From Pavona decussata (Eukaryota), in contig CDRNST010000359.1 of the NCBI GenBank assembly GCA_977016875.1, positions 372,001 to 436,000 of the forward strand: a stretch of 64,000 nucleotides of DNA, in the 5' to 3' direction. Below the pieces are notes generated by a model, which saw nothing but the letters and a program-made list of their open reading frames with translations, had not been told where the DNA came from and made no database searches. The first letter of the stretch is position 1. Every line of letters starts with the position of its first letter. Positions 39,925 through 53,357 of this stretch are shown here, in pieces. The position numbers were made by a program, and so were the translations under genes.

Positions 39925-41857
39925 ACACCTTATTCCAAAATGGCGGCTGCCTCAGACGATCTGGGTCGAGTAGCACGAGGGCGAGGCATCAAGGGCCACG
40001 ATTCAATGTTTACATGTGGTAGTATTGTTCGAAATATGCCTCAAAACGGTTGTGTTCCCGGGTGTAAGAAAAAAGTTTACAAAGAGGATGGCGTTAAAAT
40101 ATCTTTCCATAAGTTCCCTGAAGGTCAGAGAACTGCTCAGGAAATGGATAGTTGCCATACGAAGAGATGTTGCCAAAGAGTTTAGAGTGACCGATCATGC
40201 GGGGGTTTGCTCAAGACGCTTTCATAAAATTTTAAATGGAGTGATTATCTCACATCACTTTCAGGCCGTAAAAAAAGCTTAAAACCGACAGCAGTGCCGT
40301 CTATATCTTTTTGGAAGCAAGGTTCTCCGGTAAAGAGGACTGAGTCCCCGAAGAAAAGAAGTCCTGTAAAGCAAAAAACGTGGGGAAGGGGTCGGAAACA
40401 AGTACCGCGAACGCGGCAAATGAAAACACCAATTCCACCTGGAAACTTGTGACAGCTGGTGCTATAAACGAAAAGATCGACAAAACGTCCGATGTGCTGG
40501 GAGTCGACGATAGAGGCACGCAAGATGAAGGTATGTCTGAACTGTAAAAAGAAATAGAGGAGCTGAAAAACAAGCTTCAAGAAGAAAAGGAGAAAACAAA
40601 TGCTCTTGTTATCAGGGGCACCCAATGGGAGTTTTTCTCTCAGATCCTTTGAAATGCTATTTTAGGCTATCAGGAGTGCCTTTAAAGCTCTGTAGATTCA
40701 TTTAAAGCTGCGGTATAATATTTTTATCTGTTCGGTCATTCTAGGGGAACTTGAGTCTTTTTGAAATTACTAGGGCATTTTTGTCTATTTCCCAAAAAAC
40801 TTAGGTCTTACCTCCTTTCCGAAAATCCTAGCTGACCTTTTTTTCGGTACCCGAAACGACATTTTTATCAATCTGAAAACACCAGGCCTTAAATTTCCCA
40901 TATCACGAAAGTTCGAGGCCAAAATTATTTTTAGAAAATTGCAGGGCCTTCCGAACAGATAACTTTAAAATACTGAAACAATCCGTGGGTGCCCCTGTGT
41001 TATTCAGCTTAATGAAATGAAGCAACAACTTGTCAATTTCACAACATGGTGCGACAATTTTAAAAAGACATCTTTCTCTTTAAATCGGTTTAAGAATGAT
41101 AACTCTATAGGATTTTACACTAGATCAGCTGATGGCAAAATATTTGATGCGTTGTACAATTTTTGTGACTCTGGTGAGGATGGCGCAAATATTCTGAGTT
41201 TAGATTCTGGTTGAGATGTTGCGGAGACTCTTGCAAAGGAATGTCATCGAAGGCACAGCTCGTTGAAAGGGAAGACTAATTCTTTCATCAGAGATGATCG
41301 CTGTGTTCGTTTATTATATACAGAATCAGGATTTTGATTTTTGTTTCCTGGATGGAGGAATATGTCTTTGCATTTGCCGCATTCGCGGTACTTGTTTCCG
41401 ACCTCTTCGCCACGATTTTCCGCTTTACAGGACTTCTTTTCTTCGGAGACTCAGTCCTCTTTACCGGAGAGCCTTGCTTCCAAAAAAATATAGACGGCAC
41501 TGCTGTCGGTTTTAAGCTTTTTTACGGCCTGTAAGTGATGTGAGATAATCACTCGATTTAAAGCGTCTTGAGCAAACCCTCGTATGATCGGTCACTCTAA
41601 ACTCTTTGCCAACATGTCTTCGTATGGCAACTATCCATTTCCTGAACAGTTCTCTGACTTTCAGGGAACTTGTGGAAAGATATTTTAACGACATCCTCTT
41701 CGTAAACTTTTTTCTTACACCCGGGAAAACAACAGTTTTGAGGCATATTTCGGACTATACTACCACATGTAAACATTGAATCGTGGCCCTCGATGCCTCG
41801 CTCTCGTGCTACTCGACCCAGATCGTCTGAGGCAGCTGCCATTTTGGAATAAGGTGT
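39925..41857. mobile_element. ISL2EU-type element derivative with about 520-bp inverted arms, each carrying a THAP domain
   Basis: AT TSD (39923-39924, 41858-41859), termini acaccttattccaaaatggc, THAP motifs C.vPGC...FHKFP...W..AIRR...VCS..F...AVPS, and a downstream FYT motif of THAP-type transposases. Confidence 0.82.
40613..40997. mobile_element. MITE with CAGGGG termini and 6-bp TSD (hAT6-like)
   Basis: tgttat|caggggcaccca...tgggtgcccctg|tgttat. Removal restores NALVIQLNEMKQQ in frame. Confidence 0.8.
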
Positions 41858-42107
41858 ATTGTGGAACGATCTGACTTTACTGTGGAACCATCTGACTTGG
41901 AACGGTCTGACCATGGAACGAACTTACCGGATACCGTGTAAGCAAGTAAGGACACCAAGGCCAATCAAAGTGTTGACTAGAACTAAAAGCTGTATCCCTG
42001 CTGTGGAGATACAATCTATCAAGTTGTTTGTTAAAGTAAACAGCAGATTCACTAGCAACCTTTTTGGTATTAATGGTGCCAAAATGAGAGATCCCTGTGA
42101 AAAATCA

Positions 42108-42131
42108 CCCCCCCCCCCCCCCCCCCCCCCC
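42108..42131. repeat. C24 homopolymer
   Basis: Direct observation. Confidence 0.95.
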
Positions 42132-42557
42132 GCTGATAAAATCAGCTGGGTAGAAAAGGGATGATTTGTATGTTTGATAGGGTAAAGGTTGTAAGTACAA
42201 AAAGGAAATAATATTTTAAATAAAATAGTTAGGGGTAAATTGAGTCGAGTGTGATTACTGAAATGCAGTGAACCCAACTCAATATGGTTTAACAAAGTAG
42301 ATAAAAGCTCTAACAATGAAAAGAAAAGTGATATTAAGCCAAAGGAACCATAATCTTAATGAAATAAAATGAAAATGAAACAGAATTAGGTAATAATCCG
42401 GAAAGTTAATTAAAACATATTTCGCTCTTCTAGAAAATTTAAAGTTATCTTCATTCTTTTAGAAAATTTAACGTTAAAAAGGAAAAATAAAGAAAAAGAG
42501 TATGCGATAAAAAATTATGCAGGTGTTGCTATTTATTGAAATCAAGACTCAGTCTGT

Positions 42558-43395
42558 AGAGCTGTATGAGTTTTAAAATGTCAGGCTTGCGATTTCATGC
42601 CTGTTCTTATTTTATATCACCATTACCTTTCCTATCAGAATACCGACCATACTGAAACAACAGGTAATTTTTCGCTCTTGAACGCTTTTGGCAAGAAAAG
42701 AAGAAAAAGAAGAATCGTGATATTTCAAAGTCAACTCCAACTCGAACTTAAATCCTTACTCACAGTACCTTACTCCCTTAACTTAAACAGCCTTGGCATG
42801 TAAACTTCTGGGACGTTAACCTTCCACATCTTGTAGAGGAAATGTGATCTTGATAAAAGTGGTTGGCCAACCATCCTGTCTTGGTACGTTGCAAACACAG
42901 CTCTTTTTGAAAGGCAGGCGGGGATGGGTCTAGAGGAAGAATTTGACAAATGATCTGCATTGTGAGCAAAGTTCCTGAACCACTCCACACACCTGGAAAT
43001 GTTTATTCCATAAACTGTGCACCATCCTTTTGCACAGATCTGAGTGCCGTCCACAAAGTGTAGGCCTTAAAAGGCTTTGTCTACACTCATTTGGCTTTAT
43101 TTGTTTGTTTGGTTTTTTTTTGGCCAATACCACTCTCTTTTTCTTTAACCACCCTAAGGGGTATCTGTCTTATGCACTCTCTTTTGCAGCACTTCTCTTC
43201 AACATCCTTTATTATTTTACTTGCATCAGCCTTCTGTTCATATTTTGCTGTTGGGACATATTTTAATAAAAAAAAGTTAGTTTATTTACTGGAAACAACC
43301 AGACTTAAAGTAGGACTATAATATGCTGTATCCGGTCTCATTGTACATTAAAACTTGACTTTTTTCTCTATTTAGGTACTTTAATCCAGCTAAAG
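42558..43395 (-). pseudogene. Transposase-like fragment (Sola-like N-terminal region), duplicated at 48985-49747
   Basis: CCKREC, ICAKGWCTVYGI..SR, W...F...AD.L...LPACLSKRAVF..Y...SRSHF...W motifs; direct repeat. Confidence 0.5.
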
Positions 43396-43989
43396 ATACC
43401 AGAGAGTAACAAAAACTTGCATAGAAAGGATTATTTCTTAAATTTTAGGTATTAATAAATAAATCAGTTTTTCACAGAAAAAGTTCTTATTTTACTGTAC
43501 CTGGCAAAGCCTTCCCCTTAGAGCCCTCCCCCTGAAACGTTAATGCAAAGCTGTTTTAATAGATTTTCCTCAGTGTCAGAATACTGAGCAAAAAACCTTT
43601 TCTGTCTCAATGTTAAACAAAAATTGCAAGGCTTGGATCTCAGGTCACACGCCCACACTTCAGATTATTAATCTGAACTCGTTTGACTGTCTCAAGTCAC
43701 ATGCACGCGCTTCAGGTGATAAATCTGAATTTGTTCATCTTCTCAGTGTACTGTAGATGTAAGATAAGGAACTTCATGAAGCGTTAATAAAAACCCCTTT
43801 GCTGTTCCAATAACCTTGTTTTAAACATGACAAGTGAAAGGACAAACCTTTTGGACTTTGAGTTGGACTTCAAGTTGTGCTTTGAGTTATAATTGAAAGG
43901 CAACTATATTATTGATAATAATTTGTAATTATTATTTATTATTAATGTTAATAAGCAGAAAGATAAAAAAAAGCTGGGCGAGAAACAGG

Positions 43990-46575
43990 AATTTGGGGCA
44001 ATATTGGGATTTTTCATTTTTAACGATGTTTTAGGGAATGTTATCTATTTGTTATTATCAATCATCACTTTCGGTGATCATTATTCGTTTTCCTCTTTGT
44101 TTGTTGTTCGTTGACTGTGGGTGTTGTAAGGTAGCCAAGCGAAGGAATTGTCAGTAATGAGTTTGTTGGGATAGTCGAAGGCAGTCCAAGTGAAAAATGT
44201 TTGTGTATAAAGTAGTACTCATCAACTGAAGAGGAAAGTCGACTGAGGCGTATTGTCTCTGTCTTAATGATACCTTTGAAAGTGTGGTGAGGATGATTGG
44301 TTTAGAAATGTGGGTACATGTATTTGTGATGTGATTTCTGGAAAATTTGATAGTGAATTTTGTGGTAAATGAAATTGTAGTAGTTGAGTGAAATGGTAAG
44401 GTCTAGATAGTGAGTGGAGTGATTGTTGGAGGTGAAAGTGATGGAAATTTGTGTGGGATATGCAGATGATAGGTTTGTGGTCATTGTCAGTAAGCATGAA
44501 TCTATCGCCAATATATTGACAAAAAATGAAAAGTCCAGTAGTGTCATTCTTAGAAATAACAAGAGTTCGCTTACGAGCAACACCAAGTCAGCAACTTGAC
44601 GACTGTGGGAGCTGCTCAAAGCAACTCCCTTGGTCTGTTGAAAAGTCTTGTCACCTGAAATAAAAATGTTTTTGTCATCGATAAAATTGTTCAAATTAAG
44701 AAAAAAGTCTTTGTGGGGGATTGGTAAATTCAAGAGTTTGCAGCTGGTGATGGTGGCATTGATGGTGTCAGGGTAGGAGATGTTCGTGTATAGTGAAGTA
44801 ACATCAAAAGTAGTTAAATTGTGGTTGGTAAAGTTGTCAATGTTAAACTGAAGTTCTGTAGTTTGTGAATTAGGTCTGTAGAGTTATAAGTTAACTAAAA
44901 TAGTATGTTTCGTTCTGTAAAAAGGTTTTCCAGTTGCAGAATGATATTATTAAGTTCGTTGCCCAGTAGTCGTGAAGGGGTGGATGTCGCGTTCCCAGTA
45001 CCGCAGACACGGGGTGTTGTGTACTGGAGTTCGCCAGGTCAACCACAGTGAAGTACACGGCAAGGGCAGCAAGACTAATGCGTTTATTAGGATCAGGCTG
45101 AGCCGTCTATTTACAACACTTGCGGTGAAAACTAAAAAGAATACAATTGTCTAAGTCTAAAGAAACGGAAAAACTACGAATTCAACGCCGTAAAAAACGA
45201 AAGGAAAGAATACATGGAATTTTACAAGCGTAACTTACGTTTGATCTTGACTCCGGGGTTGAGAACAAGTTACTCCACGTTCTCTGAGAGACTCCGTTAG
45301 AAATAGCTCCGTGAACTCCTTACAGTTCGAAAACTCCTCGCAACTGAGAAACGTGCTTACAGAAAAAGGATCTTAATACATGTCTTTGACGTAAAGGAAA
45401 TAATAATGAAAAAAGCTTTGTGCGGCTAGCCAAAAAACGGATATTCGGTAATCATGCAATCAATAAAACAAAGCTACAAACATAAGAGAACAAATAGTCC
45501 CTGAGTGTTTCTAAAGTGCATTGTTCTTGTCAGGAACGTGACAGTGGAAGTTACCCAACTGTGAGCGGTAATGATTGGTCGACCAGTGAGTTTGCTGAGA
45601 TTGTGTGTGGAAGCTGTGTCATCGAGTTTGTGAACTTTGGGTAACAGTTTCATATAAGGTAGTTGTAGAAGGTTGGGTGTGACAGGACGTAACAGTTGTG
45701 TGTGGTTAGGTGTAAGCAGTTTGTCAAAGTAAAGTTTCAGTTTCTTTTGTAGGTTGTTGGAGTTTGTAACAGTTGTGTTAAAATTAAAATTGTCAACTTG
45801 TTGGTAGGTAAGCAGTGTCCTTAAAATGTTTGTTGTATTCATCAGTAATCCAAGAGATAGACACAAGTGTCCATCCCATGTTTTTGTCAGATTTTGTGAG
45901 AATGGTGTCTGGACGATTGTAAAAACTGTGAATGTAATTGAGTTATGATGGTGTAATGTTAAGGTGTTGTGGCTGAAAAATAGTTTGCAAATTACTGGAT
46001 TGAAGATAAACGTAATAGTATAAGCAGTGGTATTTATTACATAATCAATCAAATGTAAATTAAAATTGGGTTGGCTTTGTTGAGCGTTAAGTAGTTTTGT
46101 GTACGGCTTGTGGAGATTCTTGATACCCGTTGATTTGATTTTTAAGGTGTTGTAGTTCCTTTTCTTGATGAGTTTGTCAATTTCCGTTTGTATAGTTTGC
46201 TCGAGTGTAGAAGTCTTGAAGTTTTCAGAGGTAGGGATGTCATTTGTTCCTTTGTTGAAGAGGTTGACAAAATCAGTTGGCAGAGTGAGGTTGGTGAAAT
46301 TGTTGATCTTATCAGTGGAGATTAGCCTTTCTTTTTCAGATTGTAGTTTGTTTTGTCTCAAAAGTTTAGTTTCTTGCTCCACAATGAAGGCATTGTTCTG
46401 TTCACAGAGGTTAATTTGTTCTTGAAGATGTTGGAGAAAAATACAGAGAGATGAATTAAGTTTGTTGATGCGTGTGTTGAGGTAGTATCCGTGACATTGG
46501 TTTATTCTTCGGAGATGCTGAACTTTCTTTTGATGCTTCGATTTTTCATTAAGTTTGGTGTTAGAGAGTTTACAG
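43990..46575 (-). mobile_element. Penelope-like retroelement RT, degenerate
   Basis: LPKVHK...GRPII, FDVTSLYTNI, FQQTKGVA, decayed YIDD, YLDL, HP.HTF.GII..E..R motifs. Confidence 0.85.
44985..45543. mobile_element. Solo LTR (559 bp)
   Basis: TGTCGCGTTCC...GGAACGTGACA termini with GTGGA 5-bp TSD. Removal restores WVTSTPSRLLG in the Penelope RT. Confidence 0.9.
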
Positions 46576-47149
46576 GAAAGTTTCCGCTCATGTATATTAA
46601 TAATGGCTTACTAGATGAACGTGAAACGGAAATGATGAATGTGCGGTGGAGAATTTTTTAATTCAATTTTGAATCCCGCAGGAGCAGCAAAGAGAAATCC
46701 TGTGCACAATGTCTTGCAAGCCTTATTTGTGGCGAGCCAGCCCTGGAATTCGGGATGTAACCATTAACTTGACAGTTTCAAGAGACAATGGTGCAAAAAA
46801 ACAACGGTTAACAGACGTTTTCAACAGTTAAAAAAACCACCCAGTACTCGTAATAAGAATGAGAAGTCATTTCTTTTAATATAGAACGTGCTAAATGTCT
46901 TCACGTTAATGGTATGGAATTAAAGTATTTTGCGTTATTTAGAGTTATGTGTAAACAACGGAAGAAAGGTAGATGTTATGGCAAGAAATGGACGCATTTT
47001 CTCTTGCAGAATGTAAAATACTAGCGTGATGTAATTTTCTGATTATTACTCGGTCAGAATAGACTGCTTTCGTGTCCACAGTTGCAATAACAACAAATGT
47101 ATATTGAATACAAGTATTAATACTTAGTGCGTCGTCCTTTTCCAGTAAT

Positions 47150-48250
47150 AATGCCATCCATAGTGTCTATAATCTTGGAAAGTTGTACATTGTTCTAATT
47201 ACACTTGTTGAAAATTCATTGAATGTCTCACGCACAATGTTAAATTCTAGAGTCTGTTTTCTCAACTTTTTGTTTAGAAGATGAAAGAAAGTCTCGATAG
47301 GAATCATATGTCAGGGCTTCGAAACAGTATACATAATGGTTTTGCCCTGTTCACTTTAAAGACTCTTCTAAGAAGACCAGAATTCTGGTTCGGTGCATTG
47401 TCTTGTGCAAACAGGAAAAAACCACTCTTGTCTGCTCTTGCAAACATAGAATCAAATTTTCCATTAACAAAGGAGGCAAATGAGTGGCTGTTCAGATTAT
47501 CATATGCATAACACAATCACTCCTTCACCGTAACTTATGGCCACCATTAATCTTAAAATGCGACCTCCACTTTCCTCTTTGCATCCTTTAGCCGTGCTTT
47601 CCTGAATAAGCCCTTCGCATGCTCTCCTCCATACTCTCCGTTGTGGCGCTCTAGCTTGATTCGCCTGATTTCTTTTGTAATGAAAACTAGCACCATTCAA
47701 ATAGAAAGCAACCGTATTGTTCCAAATATCCAGAGAGTGGTTATTTTTAATGTCCTTTGCAAAGTCAAGGCATTGACGCAGATAGTGGTAGTGCGTTCAG
47801 ATAGCGGTTGCCTTCCTGGTGCAGAAACGCCTAACAGTCCTACTGCTAACCTTGTTAGCCTTTAGACCAGCCTGCACCATAATCCCACTCAAAGAAAAAC
47901 GGCCTTCCTCTTTTCGTTGCGCTTGTACACTGCAGAAAATTTTTCTCTAGTCGCACACGCACAACTTGCTCGGACGTCCTCCTGCGCCTTAAAGTGGGCG
48001 AGTCTGTTTCACGGAAATGAACTTGTCTCGAATTCTGTAGAGCAATGTAAGTGGAATGTTGCATTGTTTTATTATCTCTACCGCTGGTAATATCTTCTAC
48101 TGCGTCAAATATCCAATGTACACCTTTCTTTGCGAGTCAATTGCGCACATAAAAACCATTGTATTTCCCATTGTTAATAAATGGCCAAGTGTCAAGATAA
48201 TGCCTCTCTTTGCGTAATAAATTAGAACCATTATCTCCGCGATCAAAAAC
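47150..48250 (-). pseudogene. Tc1/mariner transposase relic
   Basis: VAFYLNGASF, MVAISY..GV, FAQDNAPNQNS and RSPD motifs with stops and frameshifts. Confidence 0.75.
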
Positions 48251-48984
48251 CAATTAACGGCAATATTCCTGGACGTTAGTTAGTACCCAATGTCCAATTA
48301 CATATCAGTCAAAATCAGTAAAAAAGTAAAAGCCAAAATTAATTGTAAAAAGGACGCAAAAGGATGATTTATAAAACATCAAACCCTTAATCATGAGGGT
48401 GTCTATAACTGTCTAGAAATTGAAAGACGAGAAAAGACTGAAAACGTTTATTTTATGTTTTTTAACCAACGAAGACGTTTTTGTCCATAGCTGCAGTATT
48501 CGCCCCTTCTATACAATGAAAGCGGATAATTTACAATATGCCTTAATTAAGACTTACCTTCATGCCTACACCATATTTTCTAGATAAATAGCTTTGTATC
48601 GCAGCTGCTTGGTCCTCCATTGAAGTTGACTCGGCTGAGAATGAAGTGAACACATATCTTGCTTCCTCCCTGTTGAAATTTGGAGTATCTGCCGATACTT
48701 TGGACTGGCCGTCCTCTTTTTCAAACCAGTTGTCAGAGTCATGTTGAATGGTTGCAGAGCTCTTCACAAAATGAGCAGCAGCTACAGCGAGAATGAATTT
48801 TCAGGAGGAGGAGGTAATAAATAGGATGACAAATTAGTTAGTGAGTCAAATTTCTTGAGCTGGTTTCAAGTCATCTAATTAACGAACAGAGAGAAGGTGA
48901 AGATTTTTTCTTCTCTGCAACGGATCTCAAGAACGCTGGACAAAAACTGGCGAATCTGGAAGATGAGGAGTTGAAGGTGTGTAC

Positions 48985-49747
48985 AGCTGTATGAGTTTTG
49001 AAATGTCAGACTTGTGATTTCACGCCTGTTCACATTTTATATCACCATTACCTTTCCTATCAGAAGGAAAAGAAGAATCATGATATTTCAAAGTCCAACT
49101 CCAACTCGAACTTGTATCCAAACTCGACAGTACCTTACTCCCTTAACTTAAATAGCCTTAGCATGTAAACTTCTGGGACGTTAACCTTCCACATCTTGTA
49201 GAGGAAATGTGATCTTAATAAAAGTGGTTGGCCAGCCATTTCTTCTTGGTACATTGCAAACACAGCTCTTTTCGAAAGGCAGGCAGGATGGGTCTGGAGG
49301 AAGAATTTGACAAATGATCCGCATTGTGAGCAAAGTTCCTGAACCACTCCACACACCTGGAAATGTTTATTCCATAAACTGTGCACCATCCTTTTGCACA
49401 GATCTGAGTGCCGTCCACAAAGTGTAGGCCTTAAAATGCTTCGTCTACACTCATTTGCCTTTGTTTGTCTGTTTGGTTTTTTTGCCAATACCACTATCTT
49501 TTTCTTTAACCACCCTAAGGGGTGTCTGTCGTATGCACTCTCTTTTGCAGCACTTCTCCTCAACATCCTTCATTATTTTACTTGCATCAGCCTTCTGTTC
49601 ATATTTTGCTGTTGGGACATATTTTAATAAAAAAAGTTACTTTATCTACTGGAAACAGTCAGACTTAAAGTAGAACTATCATATCCGGTCTCATTGTACA
49701 TTAAAACTTGACTTTTTTCTCTATGTAGGTACTTTAAACCAGCTTAA
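48985..49747 (-). pseudogene. Second copy of the Sola-like transposase fragment
   Basis: High-identity direct repeat of 42558-43395. Confidence 0.5.
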
Positions 49748-50150
49748 GTTGATCAGCAAATGATTATACTTGTGTACAAAGTTTGTACCAAGAGACTTCT
49801 ATACTATGTCAATCTGTAAGCCAAGAACACTTTGGTTTCATTCATTACCCTTATACATTAATCTTTATGTTAATAATAATATTATTACTATCGTTTAAAG
49901 CAACGACTAGAACACCTAAAAGTTCAACTGAACAAATATAGTTAAACCAATCTTTTCACTCGATCACAACAAATGTTTAAAACATTTTGAAGTAAATAAA
50001 CAAATGGTACCGTACCAGTACCTGCCCACTTGATTTCTGAGCCAAGATTTTTTCCTATTTCTGAACTTTTGAAAATATTCAAAGCAATAATTGCTTCAGA
50101 ATAATTCTTAACAATACTACATGAAACAGAACGTTAACAAATCTAACAGG

Positions 50151-50823
50151 TTAATTTCCCTTTTCCAAAAGTTCAAGCAGAGCCTGACTTTGAGTTTGTT
50201 GTTGTTGCATAAACATTTGAAACATTGCTTGAAATTGCTGTTGCTGTTTGTTTATTTGTTGAAGCATCAGGGATTGTTGAGAAGCTGTGTTTTCTTCCTT
50301 TTTCTGTTTTAAGTCAAGCTCCTGTTTTTTCAGTTCACATTCCTTATCTGATGCCTCCCTCAAGTATTCGAGAGTTTCATTTGTACTTTTTCTCTTCTTT
50401 CTTGGTACATCACTACCAGCTCTTTTTGTTGTTTTTGACAGACGTTCCACTGCCTTATTTCTCGCGTCTTCTGCTGAAGCTTTGTCCTTTGCTGCTTTAT
50501 CCTGAGACTCCTCAGTGGCCTTTTTCTGACTCCTTTTCTTAATCGTCCCTTTGTTCCAAATAGCTTTCCATTATTTCATCCATTTCTGTCTTCTCTGCGG
50601 AAATTCCAGAGGCATTTCTTTCAAATCTCTCTTTCGTTTTGAAATCTCGCTCCAATATCGTAAGTCTGTCCCTACTAAATGAACGCTTTTTTTAATTGTT
50701 TCAGACTTTCTGCGATCCGATTGAAGCACTGCCCTCTTTCTCTGCTACCGGCCTTGTATTTCCAAAGTTCAAATAATAAAATTTCTCTTCCAAGCATTAG
50801 GTCATGCTCTCCAGTCCATTTCA
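50151..50823 (-). pseudogene. Harbinger-type Myb/SANT accessory gene relic
   Basis: MKWTGEHDLMLGREIL...ERG...ASGI and Gln-rich tail; paralogous to 27174-27839. Confidence 0.8.
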
Positions 50824-52499
50824 TCTCAGGAGTCCTGTCGTAAAATGAAAAACACCTTCATATAAACCAGTGTCAAAGAAAAATAGAGTATTTTAAAATC
50901 ATTTCAAAAACTTGCATCTACTAGCAATAAATTAAAGACAGCAGTCATTTAGCACAATATTGAACTAATAGCCATGTGTAATAAACAAGTTTCTTCAATC
51001 TAATTGGCAAACTAATTACTATCCATGGACACAATGCATATCCATTTTAGAAACTGTAGAATAGAATTGAATTCCTTTTTTCAGGTACAATATAATTTTA
51101 TGGAACTTAAGAAAGTTATTAGGTCATTATGATGTGTAAAAAATTTGCTTCTCTTACTTGTCGGATGCAAAACTTCGGTCTGAATTTTTTCACTCAATAA
51201 CAATAACAAGCTTATTCTTTTTAAAAATATCTAGATATTGGCTTACGTTACTGATAGCTATAGATAATGCATTTGGGATTACTTTACAGACGAAAATGTT
51301 GTGATTTGACGAATACTATAAGCTATGAAATATAAGAAAACATATCTCGGCTATTTCCTTTTAGAAGATCAATCGCCAAATCAATCATATATTCCAAATG
51401 TAATGTCTGGCTGCGATTTCTGTGAAATCCACGTGAAAATCACAAAAACAAACAAAGCAGCACAGGGTTAACTTGAATGGCCTTGAATTTTCTGCATTGT
51501 TCTCGAGTCTGTCTCAGATCTTCAATGAAGATATGTTTTTCGTAGGTCCAAAAAGTCATTTTCATCAAAAAAAAAAAAAGAAATTTAAATACTTGTAAAA
51601 ATAGAGTATTCTGCTCTGGCAGCAACATCCTGCTCCATTTCGGAGCGGTACGTGTACATCAGACTAGGCAGATATTCACTGAACATCTACAGAAATAGCT
51701 AATGCTATGCGAGGTGCGAATCACAATTTATTTTCGTTTTGTCTTGGATTTATTATGATTTTTACTTCTGTTATGTATTTCTTTAGAGTTGCTGATGATT
51801 CCTGCTTTACAAAATAACAACAACAATAACTTTATTTGTGTAAAAGTACTTTAGCATGCCTGCTAATGAGGTATTCGCGCTGTTGCTGTAATAATTTGGT
51901 TGGATATCGTTTGGAAAAACTTAATGTCCTTGGGATAACACTTTAACGGAAGAAAACCCATTGAGCCCTTTGTAACCTTTTGAAACCTTTTCCAAGCGTC
52001 ACAAAAATCACAAAATCTATTTGAGCACCGAGTCTATGACTTGCAGTTAAACTTTACAAATGTCAAGAATTTTCTTACGCAGAACTCTTCTCTCTTGCGC
52101 CTAGTTCGATTTCCTCGCTGTCTGAGCCATGATAGCTGCCATCACTCTCATAATCATTGTCATCACTTTCCGGCTGCTCAGCATTTTCATCTACAGGTAA
52201 CTGTATTCCATCAGCTTGAACACGCTTCAATTTTTGCAAATAACACTGAACGCTTGCATCTTTAAATATAGTGGCTTGGGAAACCTGTACGGCTGAAAGT
52301 AAGTATTACATTTTTGTTAGCATACTTCGACTCATTTATTTACTTATTTATTTATTCCATAAAAGCTACGGTGTAAGTCAAAGGTTAGATTATCGTCTTG
52401 GGCATATAAACAACCCAACATTTTTTTACATTTACATTTACCATATTACAAGAATTCCCTCTCTACAAGCTAAGGCTTTAATATGCTTGGATTCGGTCA

Positions 52500-52760
52500 G
52501 GTTCGTAAGGTTCTAGTTTCAGCTCATAAACCCCACTCTTAAAAACATTGAGACTTGGGGCTGTGGCTAATGTGGTGGGCAAACTGTTCCACTGCTTTAT
52601 AGTTCAGTCTAGGTAAAAAGCTGTATTAAAGATAGGTTTTCTTTTCGTAGGGAATTCTAAAGGATTTGACTTGACTATTTCTAAAGTGCCTCGTAAGTGG
52701 TATAAGTTCTTTAGAAAGATCAACTTCAACTAGGTTATTTACAATTTTTCATGATGCATA
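52500..52760 (-). mobile_element. 3' fragment of a non-LTR retrotransposon ORF2
   Basis: IKQWNSLP...SLNVFK motif, typical of LINE C-termini. Confidence 0.5.
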
Positions 52761-53357
52761 AAACTGTTCATTTCATTTGTCTTGCCTCGCACAGGAGTTT
52801 AGAATTAAACATTGCAATGAAATTACCTTTACTTCTCCTTGAAGGTCCCTTATAACTCTTCTGAGTGGCCTTCGTGCAAACATTTGGTACTTTCTCAACA
52901 ATATGTATTGATGAGCTGCCATTTGCGCTCTCGTTCTCTTTGAGCTCCCTCGTAGATGTAGAGTTTTCCTCGACAACCTGCACTGCTGCTTGTAGCGACT
53001 GAGTGACAAATAAATTAAAATAGTACTACTGTAACAACTTGGTCCAAAGTTCTTACGCTGAAAATTACAAACAAACCAAAAGACCATTACCATTACCAAC
53101 GAAGTATCACTGCTTAAGTTTACCCTGTGTGCACGAAGTTTTTTAAGAGCTTTGCTCTTCCCGCGCGGGCTTTGAGTTGTAGGTGTCTTTGGTGAGGTAG
53201 AACGGCATTTCTTTTTTCTGAAATTTATCTCTGGTTGCTGTTGCAGGGAGTCAGTCGAAGTGTCTGGAGTTGACTGAATAGACGATACAGCCTCTTTCCG
53301 TAATAGCAACTTCGAACACAAGCCGCTCATTTTCGTATAATAATTTTAATGTTTCAG

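Larger units (their letters stand above)
39259..41935. mobile_element. Non-autonomous DNA transposon with 8-bp TSD and subterminal AGATCGTTCCA repeats (MULE-like; superfamily uncertain)
   Basis: TSD gtgtaagc at 39251-39258 and 41936-41943; imperfect TIRs built of tandem motifs. Confidence 0.8.

Noticed and set aside
39940-41914. Host THAP transcription-factor genes
   Set aside because: Both copies are frameshifted and lie inside transposon termini with an AT TSD.
41859-42316. Poly-Pro and poly-Gly ORFs
   Set aside because: Artefacts of the C24 homopolymer and MITE repeats.
42558-49747. LTR pair enclosing a retroelement
   Set aside because: No TG...CA ends, PBS or TSD; the repeats carry transposase-like coding sequence.
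52773-53330. 185-aa minus-strand ORF
   Set aside because: No recognisable motif, low complexity, and it appears to cross intron-like sequence; not supportable as a gene.
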